From positions 5,300-69,299 of the forward strand of contig DATBRI010000085.1 of NCBI GenBank assembly GCA_036560365.1: a stretch of DNA of 64,000 nucleotides, read 5' to 3'. This DNA is from Methylocystis sp. (GTDB taxonomy: Bacteria > Pseudomonadota > Alphaproteobacteria > Rhizobiales > Beijerinckiaceae). Position numbers and translations under genes: made by a program. The notes under the pieces were generated by a model that searched no databases, had not been told where the DNA came from, and worked only from the letters and a program-made list of their open reading frames with translations. Shown one piece after another: positions 25,781 to 34,709 of this stretch; position 1 is the stretch's first letter; the number at the start of each line of letters is the position of its first letter.

Positions 25781-26311
25781 GTGACGGTCCGCGCCATCTG
25801 GTTGATCAGGGTGGCCGAGGCGCGCGACGCCGAGGCCCTGCCGACGCTTGAGAACTCGGCGGGCGCCCTGTTCCGAAGCTTTCCGTCGCTTGAATGGCTC
25901 GCAGATGGCGAGGATTTGTCCGTCGGCCGCTATCGCGAGCTCATTGCGGCGGGCGCGAGCTGGGTCGCTATCGACCCGGACGATCGGCCAATCGCCTTTC
26001 TAAGCGGCAGCATCGAAGAAAATGATCTGCATATCTGGGAATTGGGCGTGCGCCGGGATCTTCAACGCTTCGGGATCGGGCGCAACCTGCTTCTTGCTGC
26101 GATTCGTGATGCCCGTTGTCGCCGCCTCGCGGCGGTGACGCTCACCACCTTTCGGGACGTTCCCTGGAACGCCCCCTTCTATGCCCGTCTGGGGTTCGAA
26201 TCTCTCGCGGGCGAAGCGATCGGCGATCGGCTTGAGCGCATTTTGCGCGCGGACGCCAGGCGGGGGCTGCCAATGCATGCCCGCTGCGCCATGCGCCTTC
26301 GGCTCAGCTGA
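25781..26311 (+). CDS. GNAT family N-acetyltransferase
   Basis: The in-frame GTG at 25781 lies directly after the VOC stop. Motifs: 'IWELGVRRDLQRFGIGRNLL' and 'NAPFYARLGFE'. Confidence 0.7.
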   Translation: MTVRAIWLIRVAEARDAEALPTLENSAGALFRSFPSLEWLADGEDLSVGRYRELIAAGASWVAIDPDDRPIAFLSGSIEENDLHIWELGVRRDLQRFGIGRNLLLAAIRDARCRRLAAVTLTTFRDVPWNAPFYARLGFESLAGEAIGDRLERILRADARRGLPMHARCAMRLRLS

Positions 26312-26875
26312 ATTCCCACACGTTGTGATCAAAGCCGAAGCATCAGCAAATGACGGAAAGCGCTCTCCTATGTCGCCGAGCTTTTTTCGGTCTGCTAAAA
26401 ACGGCCCCCGTCGGGCAAATCGTTCGCGATGTCGTCGAAGAAATCGACAAAGGCGCTCGCGTGACGTCTCGACGCCATCTTCGATCACGTCGCGCACCGG
26501 CTCGTCGCTGCTCCGCCCTTGCGTTGGTCGAAATTGACCTTTGCTACGCGCGAGAAATCGCCCGATCAGGACCATACGCTGCGCGATGGTCCAGCGCGAC
26601 GCCTCTCAAAATTTTCTATCGCGCACACTTTAATTCGGCTGACGCATCCACGGAGTGTAACGAACAAATGATCTCGGCCGAAATGGTGTTTAAGCATCCA
26701 TGCAAGGAGCGCGTTCATGTCAATTTTCGCCAAGACGCATCCGCAAGCGAAAAATCGCATTCATTGCGCTCGCAAACATTTGGGGCAAGACGCCCTTGGC
26801 CCCGACCTCAAGAAAGAGTTTGGCCTGCGACCCTAGCCGTGGTTCGGCAGATCAACAGCGACAGGGAGTGACCAC

Positions 26876-27676
26876 ATGACCAAGAATTCAGTCGACGCAG
26901 GTGCGATCGATCGTCGCCAGCTGCTGACGCAAGCGGGGACGGCCGTCGCCGCCGGGATGTTGACGAAGGTTGCGCCCGCGCGCGCCCGCGCCCTGGGATT
27001 CGAAGCCATCGGTTTCGACGCGTTCACCATTTTCGATCCGCGCTCCCCTGCCGTCGCCGTCGAAGAAAGCTTCCCGGGCAAGGGCAAGGAAATCTTCGCG
27101 ACCTGGCGTTTGCGGCAGTTCGAATATTGCTGGTTGCGAACCCTCAGCAAGAATTACGCGGACTTCCGCAAGGTTACGGAAGATGCGCTGCTCTATGCAT
27201 GTAAGGCGGCGAAAGTGGATCTGGACGCGTCCGCGCGCGCCAGGCTGATGGAGGCGGCGTTTCGGTTCAAGCCATGGCCCGACTCGGTCGCAGCGTTAAA
27301 ATCGATGCGAGATGCGGGAATCCGGCTCGCCTATGTGTCCAACCTCACACCGGAGATACTGGCCCGGCTGAGCGACGACGCGGGAATTGCGGAGCTGTTC
27401 GAACACCGACTGAGCACCGATCTGGTCGGGGCCTTCAAACCCGATCCGCGCGCCTATCAGATGGCGGAGAAAGCCTTCGGTCTGCCGCGGGACAAGATCC
27501 TCTTCGCTGCGTTTGGCGGTTGGGACGCGGCTGGCGCAAAGTCCTTCGGCCTCGCTACTTTTTGGGTCAACCGGCTCGATGCGCCTGTCGAGGAGTTGGG
27601 TGCAAGGCCGGACGCAATCGGCGACGATCTCGTGCAGCTGGCGAAATTCGTAGGCGCGTATCGCGGCGGCGGCTAG
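26876..27676 (+). CDS. haloacid dehalogenase type II-like HAD hydrolase with twin-arginine leader
   Basis: 266-aa ORF. The leader is 'IDRRQLLTQAGTAVAAGMLTKVAPARARA'. The HAD motif I-like sequence is 'IGFDAFTIFD', followed by 'VSNLT', 'AFKPDPRAY' and 'FGGWDAAGA'. Confidence 0.7.
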   Translation: MTKNSVDAGAIDRRQLLTQAGTAVAAGMLTKVAPARARALGFEAIGFDAFTIFDPRSPAVAVEESFPGKGKEIFATWRLRQFEYCWLRTLSKNYADFRKVTEDALLYACKAAKVDLDASARARLMEAAFRFKPWPDSVAALKSMRDAGIRLAYVSNLTPEILARLSDDAGIAELFEHRLSTDLVGAFKPDPRAYQMAEKAFGLPRDKILFAAFGGWDAAGAKSFGLATFWVNRLDAPVEELGARPDAIGDDLVQLAKFVGAYRGGG

Positions 27677-27899
27677 ACTGTCGCACGTCCGATCTCGCGC
27701 TTCGCCAGAGCGCTCGACTATTTGCGGTCGATTTGTTCGAAGACCCTTGCTTACGCGCCCGGCCTAACCTCTCCGAACCTTATGCGCGTTGTCCTCGCGA
27801 TAAAGCTAACCAAGAAGCCCGACGTCCGTTACCGTCTTTACGGCGACGGATTCGGAGAATGGAACGTCTGCTCCGGGCCTGGCGTACGCGGCGGCGACG

Positions 27900-29273
27900 T
27901 CAATTCGATTTCGCTCTTGGAAACGACATCTTGAAAGTCGCGCCGCCGCCGGGGGTCTCTTCGACCCAGACCCGCCCTTGAAATTTGTCCATCAGCTCCT
28001 TCGCGATAGCGAGGCCCAACCCCGTGCCGGGCGTCGCTTCGCTCCTCCGCCAGAAGGGTTCGAAAATCATCTCGCGATCGGATGGCGCGACGCCTTCGCC
28101 ATGATCGATGACTTCGACCACGGCATCGTCGCCAACCCGGACCAGCACTGTCCCGCTCTCCGGTTCCGCGCGTAAAGCGTTGTCGATGAGATTGGCGACA
28201 ACGCATTCGATCGCGCGTTGGTTGCCGCGCGTGACGACCGGCGAGGCGCTCGCTTCGAACTCGATCTTGCGGTCACACTCGATCACGAGTGGCAAATAGT
28301 CGGAAACGATCTGCCGGATCGTCTTTACGAGATCGACTTCCTGATCGAGCGCGGCCTGACGTTCGGTCAATCGCGCGGCGATGAGCATCTGTTCGACGAT
28401 GGCCTGAAGTTGGCTCGCGTCGCGCATCAGATCGCTCTTGAAAGTCGGCTCTTCCGTATCTTCGAGCCGCGCGCGCATGATCGCCAGCGGCGTGCGCAAT
28501 TCATGCGCGGCGTTGGCGGTGTAGCGGCGCATCCGCATGGCGCTGGCGTCGAGCCGCGCCAGCGCGCCGTTCATCGCATCGACAAGAGGCGTGATTTCGG
28601 CGGGGACGCCGCCGAGCGGAAGGCGCTGATGAAGCGAGTTCATATCGATGTGCGCAGCCTTGCCCGCGACGGCGCGCAAGGGCGTCATTCCTCGCTGCAC
28701 TGCGAACCAGGCGGCTCCGACCGACATGAGGATTGCCGCGATAAGGTACGCGGCCAGCCACTGCAGTTCATCCAGGATTGCGTGAAAGATGTCGTCCCAC
28801 CGGAATTTCTGCCGGTAAACCGCTATATGCAGCCGACCGAAAGGGGTCCATCTGGGCTCCACAAGTCCCAGGGACGTCGTCCTTGGATCGCCGGGCAGGA
28901 TGAAGTGCGTATGAATCGGGCTGATTTGAATCACGCCCGCCAGAGCCGCCGCCAGTTCTGGGGACGAGCCTGCAACAGGCTCGTTTCGCGCGGTGTCGAA
29001 CGCGCCGAATTTCAGGCCGGCGGCGCGTAGGGCTTCCGCGCGCAATTCGGGGATGGGTTCGATATGGACGAGCCTGTCGTCGCCGCGAACCAGCGATGCG
29101 ATCACCAGTTTGCTCACACGAACCGCAGCCAGCTCATCGAACGACGTCTTGAAATATCCAACGTCGGCGAGTCCCAGGCCGATCGTGACAATCCACCCGA
29201 TCGCGAATGCGACGAGCTGCGCGATGACGAGATAGCCGACGACGCGGCGCGCCAGCGATGGGGCTCTCGTCAC
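27900..29273 (-). CDS. sensor histidine kinase (periplasmic sensor, HAMP, HisKA, HATPase_c)
   Basis: 457-aa ORF with two TM helices flanking a domain of about 140 aa. H-box 'NAAHELRTPLAIM', N-box 'NLIDNALRA', G-boxes 'DHGEGV' and 'GTGLGLAI'. Overlaps the regulator gene by 4 nt. Confidence 0.85.
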   Translation of the reverse strand: MTRAPSLARRVVGYLVIAQLVAFAIGWIVTIGLGLADVGYFKTSFDELAAVRVSKLVIASLVRGDDRLVHIEPIPELRAEALRAAGLKFGAFDTARNEPVAGSSPELAAALAGVIQISPIHTHFILPGDPRTTSLGLVEPRWTPFGRLHIAVYRQKFRWDDIFHAILDELQWLAAYLIAAILMSVGAAWFAVQRGMTPLRAVAGKAAHIDMNSLHQRLPLGGVPAEITPLVDAMNGALARLDASAMRMRRYTANAAHELRTPLAIMRARLEDTEEPTFKSDLMRDASQLQAIVEQMLIAARLTERQAALDQEVDLVKTIRQIVSDYLPLVIECDRKIEFEASASPVVTRGNQRAIECVVANLIDNALRAEPESGTVLVRVGDDAVVEVIDHGEGVAPSDREMIFEPFWRRSEATPGTGLGLAIAKELMDKFQGRVWVEETPGGGATFKMSFPRAKSN

Positions 29274-29959
29274 GTCTTTACCGTCGCCTTGGTCTTCGCG
29301 ATCATGTATCCGAGGCCGCGCGCCGAGTGAATCTCCACGCCAGCGTTCAGTTCGAGCAGTCGTGCGCGCAGGCGCGACACCAGCGTCGTCAACGAATGCG
29401 ACTGTATCTCCTCGTCGAGCTCATAGATTGCCGAGATAAGCGTCTCCCGCGACACCACGCGGCCGGCGCGCCTGACCAGCGCTTCGAGCAGCGCTAGTTC
29501 GCGACGCAAGAACACGGCCGGACGGTTCGCGACCGAGGCCGTGCGCGCGTCGAGATCGAAGGATAGCGCGCCGATTTCAACGGGCGGCGCAGGGTCGCCT
29601 CCGGGCCGCCTCAGACTGGCGCGGATGCGCGCCATCATCTCATCGAGGTTGAACGGCTTTGTCAGATAATCGTCGGCGCCGGCGTCCAGGCCCTCGATTC
29701 TATTGTCGATGGCGTCGAGCGCCGTCAGCATCAGGATGCGGCTGCCCGGTTGTTTCTCGCGGATACGCGAAATCAGAGACAGCCCGTCGCCATCGGGCAG
29801 TTTTCGGTCCAGCAAGGTGACGGAATAGCGAAAATCGTCGAGCGCGAAAGCGGCGCCTTCGATCGTTTCGACATGATCGACGATATAGCCCGCGCGCTTG
29901 ATCCGCCTGGCGATCCGGCTCGCCAAATCCACATGATCCTCAACCAACAGAATTCGCAT
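29270..29959 (-). CDS. OmpR-family response regulator
   Basis: Starts at 'MRILLVEDH' (M21 of the ORF). The receiver Asp is in 'VTLLDRKLPDGDG'. The C-terminal winged helix is 'LSRLRARL...IHSARGLGYMI'. Confidence 0.85.
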   Translation of the reverse strand: MRILLVEDHVDLASRIARRIKRAGYIVDHVETIEGAAFALDDFRYSVTLLDRKLPDGDGLSLISRIREKQPGSRILMLTALDAIDNRIEGLDAGADDYLTKPFNLDEMMARIRASLRRPGGDPAPPVEIGALSFDLDARTASVANRPAVFLRRELALLEALVRRAGRVVSRETLISAIYELDEEIQSHSLTTLVSRLRARLLELNAGVEIHSARGLGYMIAKTKATVKT

Positions 29960-30255
29960 GGGGCCGCTCCCAGCTGGCCTGCGTTCGAGGTTCGGCGCTT
30001 GTTCCGAACGACCCGTCACGCCGCTATTTCATAGCGAAGAGGAAGATGTTTGCAACGACCCAGGCGCATGACCAGAAAATCGAACCAGGACGAGGATCGT
30101 CCGGACTGTGGCGTCATTGCCACAGCCACCGCATTTTTGATGCGCGCTTTCCCACGTAACTTTCGCGGGACCATTTCCCCCTACGTCTGCAAATAAGGAC
30201 GCTGCCCGAATCGGGCGCTTCGGACGGGCAAGACGACTTCGGGCGTGGAGCAGGC

Positions 30256-30687
30256 ATGATGATCGAGCGAAAGGAGACGAGCCGCCGCCAAGCGCCCTCG
30301 CCGCGCCCGCTCGTCGCGATCGTCGTCGCTCTCTTCGTCGTTTTGCAGGGTCTTGCGGCGATCGGCGCGTCTCTTGCGCATTCCAATCGCGGCGATGGGG
30401 GAACGAGCTTCGTTGGCTCCTTTCTTGGCGCGACTTGCGCGTCGGACACGCATGGCGGCGATAGGTCGCCGGCGCCAGGCCGCGACCATTCCCAATGCTG
30501 CGTCCTGTGCGGCGCGCGCAACTTCGACGGCGCGTCGTTTCATGACATAGCGCAAGGCGCCGTGGCGATAACGCTGCCGTGCAGGGCGCTCGTCTCAATA
30601 GCGCGCCAGTTCGACGACGCTCCCGACTCGCCGCCGATTGGCTGGGCGAGTTCGTGGTCGTCGCAAGCGCCGCCCTTTTTCTCCTGA
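30256..30687 (+). CDS. DUF2946-like small membrane-anchored Cys-motif protein
   Basis: 143-aa ORF with an N-terminal anchor 'LVAIVVALFVVLQGLAAIGA' and a Cys/His cluster 'HSQCCVLCGA'. Its position in front of a TonB receptor and a PepSY protein matches the usual DUF2946 context. The family call is from memory only. Confidence 0.45.
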   Translation: MMIERKETSRRQAPSPRPLVAIVVALFVVLQGLAAIGASLAHSNRGDGGTSFVGSFLGATCASDTHGGDRSPAPGRDHSQCCVLCGARNFDGASFHDIAQGAVAITLPCRALVSIARQFDDAPDSPPIGWASSWSSQAPPFFS

Positions 30688-30697
30688 CCGACTGAAC

Positions 30698-30715
30698 GCG
30701 GCCACGAAAGGCCGC
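30698..30715 (+). terminator. short intercistronic hairpin (possible attenuator)
   Basis: GCGGCC-acgaaa-GGCCGC perfect 6-bp stem between the DUF2946-like gene and the receptor gene. No clear U-tract follows. Confidence 0.2.
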
Positions 30716-30770
30716 ATCCCTTCGTCTTCAGTTCGCGCGGGCGCAAGTCGCAGCGTCAGGAGAATTACGA

Positions 30771-33131
30771 ATGTTTCGCTCGATATTGTTGCGCGGCGTT
30801 TCCGCCGGCGCGCTGGTGTTCGCCTTCGCCTCTGAATGCGCCCATGCTCAGCAAGCGTTGCCTACGATCAGCATCGGCGGGCGCCAGCGCCCGCCATCAA
30901 CTCACATGTCGGGACCACCAACGGGAGATCCCGCCACATCCGATTCCGGTCCATCGTCCAATTTTCCGAGCGAGCCGAAGACGCCCGCCGAAGGCTATGT
31001 GGTGAACGACGCCACTACCGCCACCAAGACCGACATTCCAATCAAGGAAACTCCCGTGTCGGTGAACGTCGTCCCCAAGCAAGTGATGCTCGACCAGAAC
31101 GATACAACCGTCCAGGAAGCCTTAGAGAATGTGCCAGGCGTACGATCCAACAACAACGAAGTGGAAGGTTACAACTTCAAGATTCGCGGCTTCCAGAGCC
31201 TCAACATCTATCGCAACAATCTGTCCTTCGGCAACGTCAACCCCGGTATGCTCGATACCGCCAATCTGGAGCGCATCGAGGTGCTTAAGGGGCCCGCGTC
31301 GATACTTTACGGACGTGCCGAGCCCGGAGGATTGATCAATCTGGTGACCAAGCAGCCGCTCGATCGCGCCCGCTATGTTGTCGATCAACAGTTCGGATCG
31401 TTCAGCTGGTATCGCACGCAGTGGGATTTTACCTCGCCTGTTGCTGAGGTTCCGGGGCTCGCCTATCGCGTCTCAGGCGCCTATCAGAACAATGGCTCAT
31501 TTCGCGGATATTCAGGGGGCGGAGAGCGCGTACTCGTCGCGCCGGTGGTGAGCTACCGTCCGAGCGCCTGGACCGAGTTCACGCTCGAAGGACAATATTC
31601 AGGTCTGAAGGCGCAAAGCGACGTCGGGATCCCGACAATCGGACCGCGACCCGCGCCGGTCCCGTTGAGCCGCTCGTTCCAGGAGGCAAATGATCCGCGC
31701 GACCGCTTTGAGAACTATCTAATCAGTTATAAATTCCGCCAGAATCTCAATGAGGATTGGAAGGTCACCAACCGCTTTCTTTACGCCGCCGCCCCCATTT
31801 CCGATAAGCCCAATATCACGCCACTCTGCGTCACGCCGACGTGCGTCGACACGGATGGGCGAACGCTGCAACGCGTCGGGCAATACCAGTTCGCCTCCGC
31901 CCAGACATTCTCGACGAATATTGACCTAGAAGGAAAGTTTGAGGCGCTCGGCGGCAAACACACATTTCTGATGGGGCTCGATTATCTGAACACCTATTAC
32001 GACTATTACTTCGCTAATGGCGCCGCCCTGTATCCGATAGACATTTTTTCCCCGATCTATGGAACGGTCCCCTCCTTCGCCTATTTCGATTCACAAATTG
32101 GATCGGGAGGCAAATTTCATTCGTCTGTTCTCGCCAGACAAAAAGGGCTTTATGTCCAGGATTATGTCACTTGGTTTGACCGTCTGCATGTGCTCGTCGG
32201 CGTCCGCTACGACATAGCGGACCAAACGATAGGAACGTCTTCAAGCTTTGAAAACGGCGGCGGCGTTTATGATGCGAGCAAGGACTTGGCGATAGCGAGT
32301 CGACTGAGGTCGCCGACAGCCATCGACACGGGATGGAGTCCGCGCGCTGGCGTCGTCTACGATGTCCTTCCCCAGGTCAGCGTTTACGGCAGCTACTCAA
32401 GATCTTTTGGTCAGAACAACGGCTTTACCGCCGACCGACAACCGTTGGGGCCGCAGCGCGGCCTGCAATGGGAGGTTGGCTTGAAAGCCGAGCCTCTACC
32501 GGGCCTGAGCGCCACGCTCGCCTTCTTCCAAATCACCAAATCCGGGGTGCCGACACGGGATTTCGCGTCATTGACCCCGATTGCGCAGAAGCTTGCCGGA
32601 TTGCAGCGAAGCCGCGGCATCGAGGTTAACGTACTCGGCCGCATTACCGATCGCATGACGATCGTGGGCAACTACGCGCTCATCGACGCGAAGGTTATCG
32701 CCGACAATTCGGTGAATCGATTGAACCCTTTTGGTTTTTTCGATCCCACAATCTTCGGCGAAGGGGGCGGCCTTCTCGGCAATCATCTCGACAATGTTCC
32801 GCGTCATTCGGGCAAAATCTTTCTAACCTATTCTTTTGGCGACAACGGCCTCGGATTGCGAGTCGGCGGCGGCGTGACGGCCTCGACGCGGGCGTGGGGC
32901 GATATCCAAAATACCTTTGTGCTGCCGGGATGGGCGCGTCTCGACGCCTTCGCGAGCTACGCGACGCTGGTCGACGGCTATAAGCTCACGGCGCAACTCA
33001 ATCTCAAGAACATCAATAACGCGCAGTATTTCACCGGTGTGGACAATTTCTTCAACTACAATGTTCCACCGCTGAATGCCATTCCCGCTAATCCCTTCAC
33101 GGCGACCGGCCAGATCAGAGTGGAGTTCTAA
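30771..33131 (+). CDS. TonB-dependent outer-membrane receptor (siderophore/metal type)
   Basis: 786-aa ORF with AGGAGA 8 nt upstream and a signal peptide. Plug motifs: 'PVSVNVVPKQVMLDQN', 'ALENVPGV', 'IRGF', 'IEVLKGPASILYGRAEPGGLINLVTK'. The C-terminal residue is aromatic ('IRVEF'). Confidence 0.9.
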   Translation: MFRSILLRGVSAGALVFAFASECAHAQQALPTISIGGRQRPPSTHMSGPPTGDPATSDSGPSSNFPSEPKTPAEGYVVNDATTATKTDIPIKETPVSVNVVPKQVMLDQNDTTVQEALENVPGVRSNNNEVEGYNFKIRGFQSLNIYRNNLSFGNVNPGMLDTANLERIEVLKGPASILYGRAEPGGLINLVTKQPLDRARYVVDQQFGSFSWYRTQWDFTSPVAEVPGLAYRVSGAYQNNGSFRGYSGGGERVLVAPVVSYRPSAWTEFTLEGQYSGLKAQSDVGIPTIGPRPAPVPLSRSFQEANDPRDRFENYLISYKFRQNLNEDWKVTNRFLYAAAPISDKPNITPLCVTPTCVDTDGRTLQRVGQYQFASAQTFSTNIDLEGKFEALGGKHTFLMGLDYLNTYYDYYFANGAALYPIDIFSPIYGTVPSFAYFDSQIGSGGKFHSSVLARQKGLYVQDYVTWFDRLHVLVGVRYDIADQTIGTSSSFENGGGVYDASKDLAIASRLRSPTAIDTGWSPRAGVVYDVLPQVSVYGSYSRSFGQNNGFTADRQPLGPQRGLQWEVGLKAEPLPGLSATLAFFQITKSGVPTRDFASLTPIAQKLAGLQRSRGIEVNVLGRITDRMTIVGNYALIDAKVIADNSVNRLNPFGFFDPTIFGEGGGLLGNHLDNVPRHSGKIFLTYSFGDNGLGLRVGGGVTASTRAWGDIQNTFVLPGWARLDAFASYATLVDGYKLTAQLNLKNINNAQYFTGVDNFFNYNVPPLNAIPANPFTATGQIRVEF

Positions 33132-33133
33132 CG

Positions 33134-34369
33134 ATGGCGCGCGCGCTGTTCGTATGGCTGCATCGCTGGGCGGGACTGGCGATGACGGGCTTCCTGATCG
33201 TGGTCGGGCTGACGGGAAGCCTGCTCGCGTTCTGGGGCGAGTTGAACCACTGGCTGACGCCGGAACTTTATCCCGCTCAACGCGCTGGGATAGAACTCGA
33301 CGCGGCGACGCTGGCGCGCCGCGCCGAATCCATCGTCCCGCAGGCGCGCGCAGCGACCGTCTACATGGGCCATCCAGGCTCGGTCTCGATCGGTATGGAG
33401 GCGCGCGACGGCGCGCCGCCGCTCGATTTCGAGTTTCTGCACCTCGATCCGGTCGACGGCCATGAACTGGGGCGCGTCACATGGCATGGGCTGCCGAGAC
33501 GCAAGAACGACATCATGCCCTTCGTCTACGGCCTGCACATGTATCTCGCGATGAGCGTCATCGGCGAGTGGATTCTCGGCGCCGTGGCGGTCATCTGGAC
33601 GATCGACTGTTTCGTCGGCTTCTATCTGACGCTGCCGGCGCCGAGCGAGCGCTCACGCAAAGGCTTCTTCGCGCGCTGGACGCCGTCATGGCAGGTGAAG
33701 CTCAGGAGCTCTTTCTATCGCGCCAACTTCGATCTGCATCGCGCGAGCGGACTGTGGCTCTGGGCGATGCTCCTCGTCTACGCTTGGTCGAGCGTGTTTT
33801 TCACGCTGCCGAATTTCTATACGCGCGCGACGCAGCTCGTTCTCGATTACGAGCCGCCGGTCTGGGCGCAGGCGGGAACGTCGCAGACCGACGCGCGTCC
33901 GCCGATGGAATGGGAGGCGGCGCAGGCGACCGGCGAGCGGCTGATGGCCGAAGAGGCGCGCAAACACAACTTTGCGATCGAACGACCGCTGGCGCTTTAT
34001 CACCTGCGCGGAAAGGGACTTTACGAATATCGCGTGCGCTCGTCGCGCGACATTGGCGACAAGGCGGGCTCGACCTCGATCCTTTTTGACTCGCGCTCGG
34101 GCGAACTGAGGACCCTTAGCCTGCCGACGGGGCATCGCAGCGGAACGACGCTGACCACCTGGCTCGTCGAGCTGCACACGGCCAATCTCTTCGGTCTTCC
34201 CTACAGACTTCTGGTCTGCCTTCTGGGCCTCGTCATCACAATGCTTTCCGTCACCGGCGTTTACATCTGGTGGAAGAAGCGTTCGGCGCGGCTGGCGCAT
34301 GTGCGCGGACGGCGCCGCGGCCGGCGCCGGCGGAGTGAAGGCGCGCTGATTTTGATGCGCATGGATTGA
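33134..34369 (+). CDS. PepSY-associated TM helix protein (PiuB/FoxB-like)
   Basis: 411-aa ORF starting 2 nt after the receptor stop. The N-terminus 'LFVWLHRWAGLAMTGFLIVVGLTGSLLAF' is typical of the family, and it has 4 TM helices. Confidence 0.8.
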   Translation: MARALFVWLHRWAGLAMTGFLIVVGLTGSLLAFWGELNHWLTPELYPAQRAGIELDAATLARRAESIVPQARAATVYMGHPGSVSIGMEARDGAPPLDFEFLHLDPVDGHELGRVTWHGLPRRKNDIMPFVYGLHMYLAMSVIGEWILGAVAVIWTIDCFVGFYLTLPAPSERSRKGFFARWTPSWQVKLRSSFYRANFDLHRASGLWLWAMLLVYAWSSVFFTLPNFYTRATQLVLDYEPPVWAQAGTSQTDARPPMEWEAAQATGERLMAEEARKHNFAIERPLALYHLRGKGLYEYRVRSSRDIGDKAGSTSILFDSRSGELRTLSLPTGHRSGTTLTTWLVELHTANLFGLPYRLLVCLLGLVITMLSVTGVYIWWKKRSARLAHVRGRRRGRRRRSEGALILMRMD

Positions 34370-34376
34370 CTTATTG

Positions 34377-34709
34377 ATGGAGCGACAAATGGATTTCGAT
34401 CCGATCAAACGCGGTCATTTCATCCAAAATCTGCGCCGCGCGCTGCCGCTGTCGGCCCATCCGCGGCCGGCGCTCCTCGGCTTTCTGCGCGAACGCGGCG
34501 TCATCGGGCGCGGCGCGCCGCGGCTCGTCGTCATCGATATTTTCGACGCCGGAGCGGCCCGCGGCGTCATGTGCCGCTTCGCCATCGCCGAGGATTGCGA
34601 GGCCGCGAGCTTCATCGCGCCGCTCGCGCAACTCGCGCTCGAGCGCAGACATCCCGCCCGCTTGCGCGTCGGGCGCCGTCGACAGGCGCCGGCTCCAGGC
34701 GCCGCATGA
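34377..34709 (+). CDS. hypothetical small cytoplasmic protein, translationally coupled to the second TonB receptor
   Basis: 110-aa frame with strong GC3 bias. The ATG lies 7 nt after the PepSY stop, and the stop overlaps the receptor ATG (ATGA). No family recognised. Confidence 0.45.
   Translation: MERQMDFDPIKRGHFIQNLRRALPLSAHPRPALLGFLRERGVIGRGAPRLVVIDIFDAGAARGVMCRFAIAEDCEAASFIAPLAQLALERRHPARLRVGRRRQAPAPGAA

Noticed and set aside
26312-26875. 564-bp stretch containing ORFs 26350..26871 (+), 26000..26575 (-) and 26566..26760 (-)
   Set aside because: None shows good GC3 bias, a Shine-Dalgarno or a recognisable motif. The minus-strand frames look like fragments broken by a frameshift. It may be a decayed gene remnant, but I cannot name it, so no feature was called.
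29960-30255. Possible riboswitch or Fur/Irr box upstream of the DUF2946/TonB-receptor operon
   Set aside because: I could see no B12-box, no Fur-box-like 19-bp palindrome and no TTTAGAA-type ICE motif.
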